From contig OX597835.1 of the NCBI GenBank assembly GCA_951406725.2, positions 36,828,001 through 36,892,000 on the forward strand: DNA of 64,000 nucleotides. Direction: 5' to 3'. Positions 28,191-42,030 of this stretch are shown piece after piece. The notes below the pieces were generated by a model that was not told where the DNA came from, did not search any database, and worked only from the letters and a program-made list of their open reading frames with translations. The DNA is from Octopus vulgaris (taxonomy: Eukaryota). How positions within the stretch are numbered: position 1 is the stretch's first letter; the number at the start of each line of letters is the position of its first letter. The position numbers and the translations under genes were made by a program.

Positions 28191-28487
28191 AAGAAAGGTA
28201 AAGGTTATCACTGGCCATCATAACAAACCTGCTGTTATCTGCTATGAAGGTAGCCTGCTAGGAAGCACCATAGAAACGAATCTGTTTGACCATTAGTTAG
28301 TCCTAGAAAATAAATACAATGCAATTAGGAGTGGACAGTGTACGTGTGAAAGCGAGTATGCATAGAATATTTGCCTGATGTATACTCATGTGTGTGTATG
28401 TATAATGGAACAAAGGCTCACAAACAAGCAGTGAGTAAGTATCAAATCAATTTGTGACATATTTATACAACATATTGAGGAGAATTG

Positions 28488-28539
<52 letters not shown>

Positions 28540-28579
28540 TAGTAGTAGTAGTAGTTATCACCAAGCTAATATGGCAGTC

Positions 28580-30160
<1,581 letters not shown>

Positions 30161-30181
30161 AGTCCGGGAATATATATATAT

Positions 30182-30572
30182 TCTTTTCTTTTACTTGTTT
30201 CAGTCATTTAACTGTGGCCATGCTGGAGCACTGCCTTAAAGGGTTTTAGTTGAAGAACTTGAACCCAGTACTTATTCTTTGTAAGCCTTGTACTTATTCT
30301 ATCGATCCTTCTTTTCGCTGAACCATTAAGTTAAGGGGACATAAACACACCAGCATCATTTGTCAAGCAATGACGGCAGGGATGAGATGGGGGTGACACA
30401 CACACACATATAAGGTGGGCTTCTTTCAGTTTCCGTCTACTAAATCCACTCACAAGACTGGCTTGGCCTGAAGCTATAGTAGAAGACATTTGCCCAAGTT
30501 GCCATGCAGTGGGACTGAACCAGAACCATGTGGTTGGGAAGCAAGCATCTTACCACACAGCCATGTTTGCAC
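30182..30572 (-). mobile_element. Family-A SINE, older copy
   Basis: Diverged match to the family. Confidence 0.8.
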
Positions 30573-30712
30573 CTATCATTATCATCATCATCATCGTTTA
30601 GCGTCCGCTTTCCATGCTGGCATGGGTTGGATGGTTCAACTGGGGTCTGGGAAGCCAGAAGGCTGCACCAGGCCCAGTCTGATCTGGCAATGTTTCTATG
30701 GCTGGATGAAAC

Positions 30713-30792
<80 letters not shown>

Positions 30793-30843
30793 GTGTGTGT
30801 GTGTGACTGTGTGTCTGTGTGTGTGTCTCTCTGTGTGTCTCTC

Positions 30844-30884
<41 letters not shown>

Positions 30885-30890
<6 letters not shown>

Positions 30891-31416
30891 TATTAAAATT
30901 ACTAAGTCTCTCTAAAAGAGAACAACGGCAGCGTTCCCGGAAAATAATAGTTATCGCCATACTAATATGGCATTCTTATAAAAATAAGAATAAAGCTGAC
31001 CGCTTATTAGCTCCATGAGGCCATCGCCTTAAGTTAGCTATTTGATACACAAACTGTATCCATATAAACTTCGAACAAGGAAGGTCAGTCGCTCCACACT
31101 ACTTGACCGGCAGCTACAGACGCGTTTCGGGGTATTGCCCCTTTTCAATGCAGCGTAGCCAGACCAGTAGGTGTCGCTTCTGACAATCTCTGTTCGAAGG
31201 TTTTATTTACCTAGCTTCGGTGGAATACATCCACTTGTTTTCAATAATAGAAATATTAAAATTACTAAGTCTCTCTAAAAGAGAACAACAGCAGCGTTCC
31301 CGGAAAATAATAGTTATCGCCATACTAATATGGCATTCTTATAAAAATAAGAATAAAGCTGTCCGCTTATTAGCTCCATGAGGCCATCGCCTTAAGTTAG
31401 CTATTTGATACACAAA
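30885..31416 (-). mobile_element. Hammerhead-bearing ~363-nt unit in 1.46 tandem copies (retrozyme / non-autonomous PLE-like)
   Basis: 169-bp direct repeat 30885-31053 / 31248-31416 (period 363); hammerhead in the unique part; starts at a (TA)n array. Confidence 0.8.
31113..31154 (-). ncRNA. Minimal type I hammerhead, U3:A8 variant
   Basis: GCTGCA-TTGAAAA-GGGG-CAATA-CCCC-GAAA-CGCG-TC-TGTAGC; all three helices pair. Confidence 0.8.
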
Positions 31417-32450
31417 TATGGAAAATGATGATGATGATGATGACGATGATGATGACGATGATGATGGTGACGATGATGATGATGATGATGACGATGGTGA
31501 TGATGATGGTGATGACGATGACGATGACGATGATGATGATGATGGTGGTGATGACGATGAGGATGATGATGAGGATGATGATGATGATGATTGATGACAA
31601 TGATGATGAGGATGATAACAATGATGGTGGATGATGAGGATGACAATGCTGATGGTGATGATGATGACGACGATGGCAATGATGGTGATGATGATGATGA
31701 TGATGATACGATGGTGATGGTGATGAATATGATGATGATGATGATACGATGGTGATGATGATAATGATGATGGTGATGGTGATGAATATGATGATGATGG
31801 TGATAATGATGATGATTATGATGATGGTGGTGGTGGTGGTGCTGGTAATGGTAATGTCAGGAATTGATCTGATATCTGGTGAGTGCATGTTTATGGCCTT
31901 GTTCCATTATAACTGCACCAACTTGACCGACGTATTGCCTAGAGACAATCTTTAATCATGGATTTCAGGCACTGATTCACCCTGACCGCACATTGTATGT
32001 ACTTTTCATCTTATGTGTACGTATGTATGTATGTATGTATGTATGTTCTTGTGTGTTATTAATTATTTAAATTCTACCTGTGAATAAGGTGCTGGTTTCT
32101 AACAAAGCTACAAAACTCCATCACTGGAATGTAGACAGCGCAAACAATGTCACATTTTAAACTTGAGAAACATCTTGCATATTTTTACTGTTCCACTTAC
32201 AGATTCTATTTGTAATGTGCGAGTTAACTGGTTGATCTCTTTTACTGAAAACCCTAGCTTATCCAGATTCTCGCTCAGGCATTTATCCACAAAGCCAAAT
32301 ACACCAATTATTATTGGTATAAATGTGAATTTATAATCTGGATATCGAAGCTGGAGGTTTCAAAGCAGATGACCATGGTTATCCTCTTTCTCTTTGATTT
32401 TCAAGGACATATTCACATCAGCAAGACAACCAACCTCTATGTGTGTGTGT

Positions 32451-32500
<50 letters not shown>

Positions 32501-32695
32501 CTATGTAATCTCAGGGTTTAAAACAAACATAATTTTTTTTTTAGACATTCACTAGTACAACACAAACACCCCCCCCCCCAAATATATGGCACACTAGGCA
32601 TAACAACAACATGAACTTCCAACCTGTTGTCTCTTGAGATCTCTGTGTGAGACGTGGAGTCAACTTGTACAAATATAAAGCAAAAGTCAAACATA

Positions 32696-32697
<2 letters not shown>
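32501..32697 (+). mobile_element. 3' UTR-only copy of the R4/Dong-like LINE, between (TAA)n arrays
   Basis: Reverse complement of about 1743-1970. Confidence 0.85.
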
Positions 32698-32737
<40 letters not shown>

Positions 32738-32738
<1 letters not shown>

Positions 32739-33340
32739 GAAATTATTGTATACAGTGCTCAAGTGCACCACAACTTGTCAAAAGTGCGTATAAAGTATAT
32801 GCAGTAATGCACAAATGTCTGGAAACCGAACAGTGTATGAGTCAGATACATGCTTGCGTGTGTATGGAGGGGAGAAAATCAGGTGTAGTGTTGGCGAATC
32901 TCAGGAAGCATGGAAGTTTTGAAGGATGCAGTGCTCCAACAACTAACAACCGATGCCAGCAGTTTGTTCCATGCTTCAGCAGCTCTTAGCGTGAAAAAAT
33001 GTTTCCGAAAGTCATGGGAGCTGTGCTGTTTTCAGACTTTGTAAACATATCCACAGGTGTTAGACAGGTGGAGTTTGAAAAGGTGCTCAGAGTTTCTTCT
33101 GTTTTTAATTATTTAAATTCTACCTTTGAGGAAGGATGCAGTGCTCCGACAACTAACAACTGATGCCAGCAGTTTGTTCCATGCTTCAGCAACTCTTAGT
33201 GTGAAAAAATGTTTCCGAAAGTCATGGGAGCTGTGCTGTTTTCTGACTTTGTAAACATGTCCACGGGTGTTAGACAGGTGGAGTTTGAAAAGGTGCTCAG
33301 AGTTTCTTCTGTTTTTAATTATTTAAATTCTACCTTTGAG
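32738..33340 (-). mobile_element. CR1-like LINE 3' end with a 210-bp tandem duplication
   Basis: Matches 46882-47210; GAAGGATGCAGTGCTCC occurs at 32921 and 33131. Confidence 0.75.
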
Positions 33341-33594
33341 GAAGGAATTGATTTCTAACAAAGATACAAAGCTTCATCCTTCAAACGTAAATAACAAAAG
33401 CAATGTCACATTCTAAACTTGAGAAAACTCTTGCATATTTTTACTGTTTCACTTACAGATTTTTTTTTAACGTATGAGTCAAATGGTTGATTTCTTTTTC
33501 TGAAAACCCTACTTTATCCAGCTTGTCACTTAGACATTTACTCACAAAACCAAGTGCATAAATTATTATTGGTATAAATGTGAATATATTTATT

Positions 33595-33838
33595 CACAGG
33601 AGTGGCTGTGTGGTAAGTAGCTTGCTTACCAACCACATGGTTCCAAGTTCAGTCCGACTATGTGGCACCTTGGGCAAGTGTCTTCTACTTTAGCCTCGAG
33701 CCGACCAAAGCCTTGTGAGTGGATTTGGTAGACGGAAACTGAAAGAAGCCCATCGTATATATTTTATCCAGTTTCAGCTCACGAGCTGTGGCCATGCTGG
33801 GGCACCGCCATTTAATTAATCGCTGCGGGCAGGATTAA

Positions 33839-33881
<43 letters not shown>

Positions 33882-34110
33882 GTGTGTATGTTTGTGTATA
33901 TGTGCCCCCCCCCCGCCAACATCGCTTGACAATCGATGCTGGTGTGTTTACATCCCCGTAACTTAGCGGTTTGGCATGAGAGACATATAGAATAAGTACT
34001 AGACTTACAAAGAATAAGTCCTGGGGTCGATTTGCTGGACTAAAGGCAGTGCTCCAGCATGGCCACAGTCAAATGCCTGAAACAAGTAATAGAGTAAAAG
34101 AGTAAAGAGT
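33595..34110 (+). mobile_element. Family-A SINE with a small insert in its internal microsatellite
   Basis: Head and tail match the family. Confidence 0.85.
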
Positions 34111-34516
34111 CTATAATCTAAATATAGAAACTGGAGGTATGGTAGGTGTATATGTATTAGTTTATTCTTCCACTCTTTTCTCGTCCATTTTTCCCATCCT
34201 AGTATTGATTGAACCAATAAATATTAGAGGCATTGTTTGTTTGTTTTTTTATAGGTGTCTGCCCTTTCCATAGCTTATCCCTACCTGTTCTACTAGTAAG
34301 GCACTTTTTGTTCCATTACAGAGTTAGTAGATGCTTTGGTTGACAGGCAATGTCACAATATACACATTCACACTGACACAAATATATACATATAGGTGTG
34401 TGTGTGTGTGTGTGTATATATTTATATATATATGTGTGTGTGTGTGTGTTTGCCTGTGTATGTGTGAGTGTGTATATATATATATATATATTTATGTATT
34501 TGTGTATGTATGTATC

Positions 34517-34574
<58 letters not shown>

Positions 34575-34629
34575 GCAAGATTTTTTATGTGAAGTCGTGT
34601 GTTGAAAAATGACCATTCCGAATAAAAAA

Positions 34630-34672
<43 letters not shown>

Positions 34673-34679
<7 letters not shown>

Positions 34680-35251
34680 GTTGTATACTGTCAATCTAAC
34701 AAGAACGTGACAGTAGGGGGTACACCACCGTTGTATAGCCCTAGGAGGCATCGAACGCCTCCTGACAGCTTCGACACATTTTTTTCCCTGTGTCCTTATA
34801 TACATATACGAAGGGGAGACAAACACCCCTGGCCGTCGGAACTGCATCTAGGGACACCGTGTTTCAGGATCATTGTCCTTCATCGGCCTAGAGTAGCAGA
34901 CACCGGTCGGCTGGTGATATTTGCCTCGACTTCATAACTGTATATATGTATACTCAGTGAAGTTTATTCACTGATTATCAAAATAAGAAATATTGAATTT
35001 CTAAATCTCTCGTAGAGACATGTACGGTGGTGGGGCGATAGAATGGTTGTATACTCCCCTTCGTATATGTATATAAGGACACAGGAAAAAAAATGTGTCG
35101 AAGCTGTCAGGAGGCGTTCGATGCCTCCTAGGGCTATACAACGGTGGTGTACCCCCTACTGTCACGTTCTTGTTAGATTGACAGTATACAACCATTCTAT
35201 CGCCCCCACCACCGTACATCTCTCTACAAGAGATTTAGAAATTCAATATTT

Positions 35252-35255
<4 letters not shown>
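34673..35255. mobile_element. Hammerhead-bearing ~366-nt unit plus an inverted partial copy spanning the unit junction, in (TA)n
   Basis: AGAATGGTTGTATAC repeats with period 366; 35054-35255 is the inverse of 34984-35054 joined to 34689-34818. Confidence 0.8.
34848..34891 (-). ncRNA. Type I hammerhead-like motif (CCGATGA core)
   Basis: CTAGG-CCGATGA-AGGA-CAATGA-TCCT-GAAA-CACGGTG-TC-CCTAG. Confidence 0.65.
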
Positions 35256-35282
<27 letters not shown>

Positions 35283-35292
<10 letters not shown>

Positions 35293-35533
35293 TTAGAGAC
35301 AAAACAAATAAAGAAAGACTTAATCCAATACATAAAAAATTTTATATAAATTAAATATAATTAATATTATATTTAATTTATATAAAATTTTTTATGTATT
35401 GGATTAAGTCTTTCTTTATTTGATTTGCATAATAGTGGTTTTGTCTCTAATTAATATTATATTATATTTTACTATAAAATTGGATTCAATCCTAAATCTG
35501 ATTTTTCCCTGTAAATTTGGATTTATTCCCTAA

Positions 35534-35538
<5 letters not shown>
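35283..35538. repeat. AT-rich fold-back palindrome (about 35283-35460) with a ~78-nt unpaired tail, in (TA)n
   Basis: AAATAAAGAAAGACTTAATCCAATACATAAAAAA... is mirrored around about 35362. Confidence 0.8.
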
Positions 35539-35577
<39 letters not shown>

Positions 35578-35766
35578 TATAATAAGGGTAGAAATTGATA
35601 TTAATCAATTAAAACCAGTAGCTTAGCATATTTAGAAAAATTCAAAGATTAAAAATTGTGTTACATACAAAATTTAGAGGACTGACCACTAAAGTGGACA
35701 GCCTATATGCTAAACATAGATGTCAAATCGCCATTACCACGAATAATGTGTTCTCAAGAAAAATTT

Positions 35767-35803
<37 letters not shown>

Positions 35804-35861
35804 GCGGTGCTCCAGCATGGCCACAGTCACATGACTGAAACAAGTAAAAGAGTATAAAGAG

Positions 35862-35902
<41 letters not shown>

Positions 35903-36074
35903 TTGTGTGTGTCTATGTATGGGCAAAAGCATGGTTTTGTAGTTAAGAAGTTTGTTTCCCTACCTCGTAGTCCCAGGTTCAGTCTCACTGTGTGACACCT
36001 TTGGCAAATGCCTTCCACTATAAACTTCAAGCCAGCCAAAGCCTTGTGAGAGGATTTAGTAGATGGAAGCTGGC

Positions 36075-37145
36075 AACTAAGGGCCTCTCGCTCAGGATGA
36101 AAGGTAGACTGTATGATGCATGTGTGTGAACTGCCATGATACTGGAAGTGAAACATTGGCCATGACTTATTTCTTTATTGCCCACAAGGGGCTAAACATA
36201 GAGAGGACAAACAAGGACAGACAAAGGATTTAAGTCGATTACATCGACCCAGTGTGTAACTGGTACTTAATTTATCAACCCTGAAAGGATGAAAGCTAAA
36301 GTCGACCTCGGTGGAATTTGAACTCAGAACGTAAATACAAACAAAATACCGCTAAGCATTTCACCCGGCGTGCTAACGATTCTGCCTTCAAACATGGGCC
36401 ATGACTGCTGAGGACATGCTGCTGGATGTATAATGTCAGTGTGCATATACGACAGAGTGTGAGTGCCCTGAGAGAAAAGTTGGACATGAGAAGCATCAAA
36501 TGTGATGTACAAGAGAGACAACCGCGCTGGTATGGTCATGTGTTATGTATGGATGAGGACAGTTGTGTGTGGAAGTGCCACAGCCTAACTGTGGAAGGAA
36601 CCTGTGGAAGAGGTAGACCCAGGAAGACATGGGATGAGGTGGTGAAGCATGTCCTTTGAACATTGGGCCTCACAGAAGCAATGATAGAAGACAAAGACCT
36701 TTGGAGATATACTGTGATTGAGAAGAGCCAGCAACTAAAGTGTTGGACACCCATGATGCATTGGGTGATATGATAGGCTTGACAAGATCTGTTGAATCAA
36801 GTAAAACCAAAATCATAGCTGTGGCCAGTGCCCATGGACTGACTCCCATGCTAATTCCATGTAAAAAGCATGATCAGAACGTGGCCGATGCCAGTGTCCT
36901 CTGACTGGCTCCCGTGCTGGTGGCATGTAAAAAGCACTATCCAAACATGATCCATGCCAAGCCCGCCTGACTGGCTCCTGTGCCAGTGGTACATAAAAAG
37001 CACCCACTACACTGCATCAAGCTGTAGAAACATTGCCAGATCAGATTGGATCCTGGTGCAGCTGCTGGCTTTCCAGACCTCAATCAAACCATCCAACCCA
37101 TGCCAGCATGGTAAACAGACGTTAAATGATGATGATGATGATGAT
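36075..37145 (+). mobile_element. RTE LINE 3' fragment interrupted by a family-C SINE (36168-36386)
   Basis: RWYGHV...GRPRKTWDEVVKH, 3' UTR and (GAT)n tail homologous to 23000-23943. Confidence 0.85.
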
Positions 37146-37709
37146 ATATGTGTGTGCGTGTGCGTGTGTGTGTGTGTGAGAGAGGGTTGCAGGAGAGGTT
37201 AAAGCCCACTGACCATTAGGGTCAGACAAGACGTGTAAAGCACTTTATGGAGGCAAAATCCTTAGAAACCCTATGAAACGACCATAACTAACATTCTCTA
37301 AATCATCATCATCATCATCATCGTTTAGCGTCTGCTTTCCATGCTAGCATGGGTTGGACGGTTCAACTGGGGTCTGGGAAGCCAGAAGGCTGCACCAGGC
37401 TCCAATCTGATCTGGCAGTGTTTCTATGGCTGGATGCCCTTCCTAACACCAACCACTCCGTGAGTGTAGTGGGTGCTTTTTACGTCCCACACGAGGCTGG
37501 CAAACAGCCACGATCGGATGGTGCTTTTTACGTGCCACCGGCATATATATAAGAAGGAAAAGGGATTAAAAAATCCAGGTAGATATCCATAAGGCACTCA
37601 GTTTTAAGTGAATTAGGCTAACTATATCAAACTATCAGACACCAATAAATGCAAGTAGATTAAACATCCAAGCTAATTCCTCCTGTATGACAAGTAGATC
37701 TAAATATTG

Positions 37710-38158
37710 GGATCTTTTCGGTTTGAATGGCAGTTTTTTCTAGCGGTGACATATGAAATTGTCACCCATAATTATGACCCTAGTATCGATCTATTGCATT
37801 TCAATCTGTTTTAGGGTTAGAGTTAGTTAGGATTAGGGTTGGGGTTAGGATTAGGGGTGGAAAGAAAGGGTATTTTTTTTTCTCCAGAAATGTAAATAAA
37901 CCCAATCTGTTTCTGAAACGAGAGACATATTCATATGGCACAGAATGTTTTTTACTTCAATTGAAGTCAGTGATTGGTTGAAATTGCAGAAATTGAAGAA
38001 GAAAAAAAACAACAAATATCTTACAAACTATAGAATTTTCTCAGTAAAGCCAAGAGAAAAAGATGTTTTATAAACACATTCTACCAGTATACGAAGTTTA
38101 AAATTTTTTAGTTACCTAGAAATTATGTTAAAAATTGCCGTTCAAACCAAAAAGATCC
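37710..38158. mobile_element. MITE with GGATC TIRs, 8-bp TSD (AAATATTG) and internal TTAGGG-like repeats; Merlin-like by ends
   Basis: GGATCTTTTCGGTTTGAATGGCAGTTTTT / AAAAATTGCCGTTCAAACCAAAAAGATCC; TSD at 37702-37709 and 38159-38166. Confidence 0.8.
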
Positions 38159-38873
38159 AAATATTGTTTGGAAGAATTTCAAGAAATTCTGAGTATAAGC
38201 CAACAAAAATTCATATTTTTCATATATATATATATGTATGTGTGTGTGTGTGTGTGTGTATGCCATGTAAAAACACTCAGTTCACTCTGTAAAGTGGTTG
38301 GTGTTAGGAAGGGCATCTAGCCGTAGAAGCCAAGCCATTCAGACTGAAGATGTTGCAGCTTCCCAGTTTGCTAGCTCTGGTCAAACTGTCCAACCCATAC
38401 CAGCATGGACAACAGTCGTTAAATGACAATGACGACAACGACGATGATGACAATGATGATGATGATGATGATGATGTACATGTATGTGATGAAATCTGTC
38501 GAAGATAATGTATGAGTGTTCACCTTTTGCCAAACGACCTGCACAAATGATTTGTTTACAGTAATCAAATGTCATGTGTTGCACATCAGTTCACTCACTT
38601 CATCTACTTCACCTTGCTTGTACAGGTGTGCAAGCGTGCCACACATCATCTGTTGAAACAGCTGCAATGCAACGTGAAATGAAGTGTTTTGCTCAAGAAC
38701 ATAATGCATTGCCCAGTCTGGGAATCAGAACCCGTGATCTGGTGATCATGAGTGCAACACCTTAACCCCTGAGCCATATACCTTCTCACGCACGTGCACA
38801 CATGCATGTGCACACACAGACACACACACACACACAAAAATAAATACATATATTGTGTGTATGTCTGTATATA

Positions 38874-39439
38874 TTGTGTTGTCCAGAAAGTTCGTGCCGA
38901 TTTTTAAAGGAAAGAAAAAGGTCAATAAATACTTGCCATTACAATTTTAATCAACCAAATATGAACCATTTTGTTGCACAATGTGTCTCCATCTTTCCTT
39001 TAACTTGAAAATACTCTCTTCCCAGAATTGAGGTGGTTTCATGGCAAAGAATTCATCAAGGTATCTTTTTATGTCATCCAAGGAATTGAAATTTTTACCA
39101 TTAAGACTATTCGGCAGAGACCTGAATAAGTGGAAATCCAAAGGAGCAATATCTGGTGAATACGGAGGGTGGGGTAACACATCCCAGCCAAGCTGCAGCA
39201 ATTTTTGTCTGGTTCCCAAAGCATCAAGTGCCGAAAATGAACTTTCTTATCTTCCATTTTAAAGGGTTACAGAATTAACACAGATTATAGGAGCATAAAT
39301 CTTCTTCCACGAAAAGATAGCTTAAACTGTGCTCTAAATGGAGGTGTAGTCAAATCCTATTTTATGGACTCAACCATTTTCTAAAATAAGACGAAATGTA
39401 AGCTACTATAAATCGGCATGAACTTTCCGGACAACCTAA
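38874..39439 (-). mobile_element. Internally deleted mariner transposon with TIRs and TA target duplication
   Basis: TIR TT(A/G)(G/T)GTTGTCC.GAAAGTTC.TGCCGATTT at both ends; ORF 38947-39219 has HPPYSPDIAP.DFHLF. Confidence 0.9.
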
Positions 39440-39699
39440 TACATTTACTCGAGCCATCCTTGATACATTTACCCACTTTTCAACGAACTTACTGAGAGAC
39501 TGCACCCCCTCTCCATCCTCATTTTTCTTTCTAAGTAGAACCTGAAAATGTCAATGAAGGCTTGGTCAAAGCAGAAAGTGCCTGTCTTCAGCACTTTTAT
39601 TCACATCCACCACACTTCATTCACTATAGCCACCATACAGTGAAAAACCTTTTGTCCTTCCCAGCCAAAGAAAGGCAATGATTCTAAGGCACTTCGATT

Positions 39700-39983
39700 C
39701 TAATCCTTGTTTCCACACTTGAAACTTCTTCTCTAGTTCTGATAGTTACTCAGCAATTAGAGCAAGGTCATCAGCATAGAGGAGCTCCCAGGGGCATCCT
39801 GTCTTGAATTCCTCCGTTCTTGCCTGGAGGACTATGATAAATAGGAGGGGGCTGAGGACTGAACCTTGGTGGACCCCTACCTCTACCCTGAATTCTTCAG
39901 TGTACTCGTTGCCAACCCTCACCTTACTTACAGCATCTCTGTCCATGGGCTTGCACAGCTCTCACTAACCATTCATCTATCCC
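39700..39983 (-). pseudogene. RTE RT fragment (same family as 21435-23943)
   Basis: GVHQGSVLSPLLF...LLYADDLAL. Confidence 0.88.
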
Positions 39984-41625
39984 TCTGTGTGTGTATATAT
40001 TTATATATATTTGTTTGCATGTGTGTATATGTAAAGTGATTTTATTGTGTCTTTTCCAGTCAAGTGAAAATGAGTCATTTGTTCCATCTTCGTTATGTGT
40101 ATCAACAACATTCATTATTACTATTGCCATAATCATTAATGTGTGTGTGTGAATGTGTGTATGTGTGTGTGTGTGTGTGTACGTATGTGTTTTCACTTTT
40201 GCATCTCTTGCGATAAACAAGTGGAAGTAGCAACATCCAAGCGGTTGCTCGACCTGCAAGAAATAGCAGCTAAATGTCTTGCCGACCTTTCTGCAATGTC
40301 TTAGAAGAAAACAATAAAGAAAAAAGAAGGACGCATTGTGATTCATTGTACGAAGCCTCATGCTGTTTCTGAAGAAAAAAGACACCAGATGATCTCAGCT
40401 TCAATACTTTCCTTCATAGAGCTGCTCGGTGCAGACAGCCTAGGGTTATACAGCTACAACGACAACAACAACGGCAACAACAATCACAGCAACAAAACAA
40501 CATCTCCAGGCCTCAAACAAATAAGTCTTAATAAGTGTCTTTTAGCTTTATCAGCTGAAAACGAGGAGACATTTGTTGTATCTTCGTTATCTTTACAAAA
40601 ATCATTCATTATCTCTGTTGCTATTATCGTTATGATAATGCTTATCACTGTCTTTATCATCACCCACCTCTTCCACCTCTTCTTCATCATCATCATCATC
40701 ATCGTTGTCATTGTCTTTACCATCATCATCATCATTGTCGTCGTCATCTTCATCATCATTATTTATCTGTTTTAATAGCCGTGAAGCTGCCAGCACATAT
40801 ATCATTACTATTATAATATTTGCATTGTTGTTGGTCTGTATTATACAATCTGTTACAAGTCTCACCCAGAGACCTCAAATAACAACAGGGTGTTTTACTA
40901 AGGGTGTTATTTATAATTAGCAATGATGTATTCATCATCATCATCATCATTTAATGTCCATTGTCCATGCTGGCATGGGTTGCATGGTTTGACCAGGGCC
41001 GATAAGCTGGAAGGTTGCACCAGATTCCAGTCTGATTTGGCATGGTTTTCTAAGGCTGGATGCCCTTCCTAACACAAACCACTCCGAAAATGCAAAGGGT
41101 GCTACTGGCACGGGTGCCATTTGTCTGACCCCAGTATCTACCACAACTCTGATTTTACTTGGCTGGCATCTTGGCATTAGGAAGGGCATCCAGCCATAGA
41201 AACATTGCCAGATCAGACTGGGCCTGGTGCAGCCTTCTGGCTTCCCAGACCCCAGTTGAACCGTCCAACCCATGCTAGCATGGAAAGCGGATGCTAAATG
41301 ATGATGATGATGATGATGGCTCTTCTTCTCAAGCACAACATAATGCCAAAGGTCTCGGTCATTCGTCATTGCCTCCGTGCGTCCCATCACTTGAAAGGAG
41401 TTCTTCATTTGCCACTGGCATTGGCCACTTTGCTTCCATGAGGCCCAACACTCAAAAGGTGCTTTTTACATGCCACCTGAATGGGTGCCAGTTACGTGAC
41501 ACCAGCCTCAACCATGGCTATGATTCCACTTGACTTGGTGAGTCTTCTCAAGCACAGCATATTTCCCAAGTTCTCATTCACTGGTCATTGCCTCTGCGAG
41601 GCCCAAAGTTCGAAGATCATGTATT

Positions 41626-42030
41626 ACTCTTTTACTCTTTTACTTGTTTCAGTCATTTGACTGCGGCCATGCTGGAGCACCGCCTTTAGTCGAGCAAATC
41701 AACCCCGGGACTTATTCTTTGTAAGCCCAGTACTTATTCTATCAGTCTCTTTTGCCAAACCGCTAAGTGACGGGGACGTAAACACACCAGCATCGGTTGT
41801 CAAGCAACACTAGGGGGACAAACACAGACACACAAACATACACACACACACACATACATATATATACATATATACGACAGGCTTCTTTCAGTTTCCGTCT
41901 ACCAAATCCACTCGCAAGGCATTGGTCGGCCCGAGGCTATAGCAGAAGACACTTGCCCAAGATGCCATGCAGTGGGACTGAACCTGGAACCATGTGGTTG
42001 GTAAGCAAGCTACTTACCACACAGCCACTC
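41626..42030 (-). mobile_element. Family-A SINE
   Basis: Near-full match to the family. Confidence 0.88.

Noticed and set aside
31397-31888. Poly-His/Asp/Met/Ile ORFs (also 58130-58582 and 61140-62031)
   Set aside because: Trinucleotide microsatellite translations.
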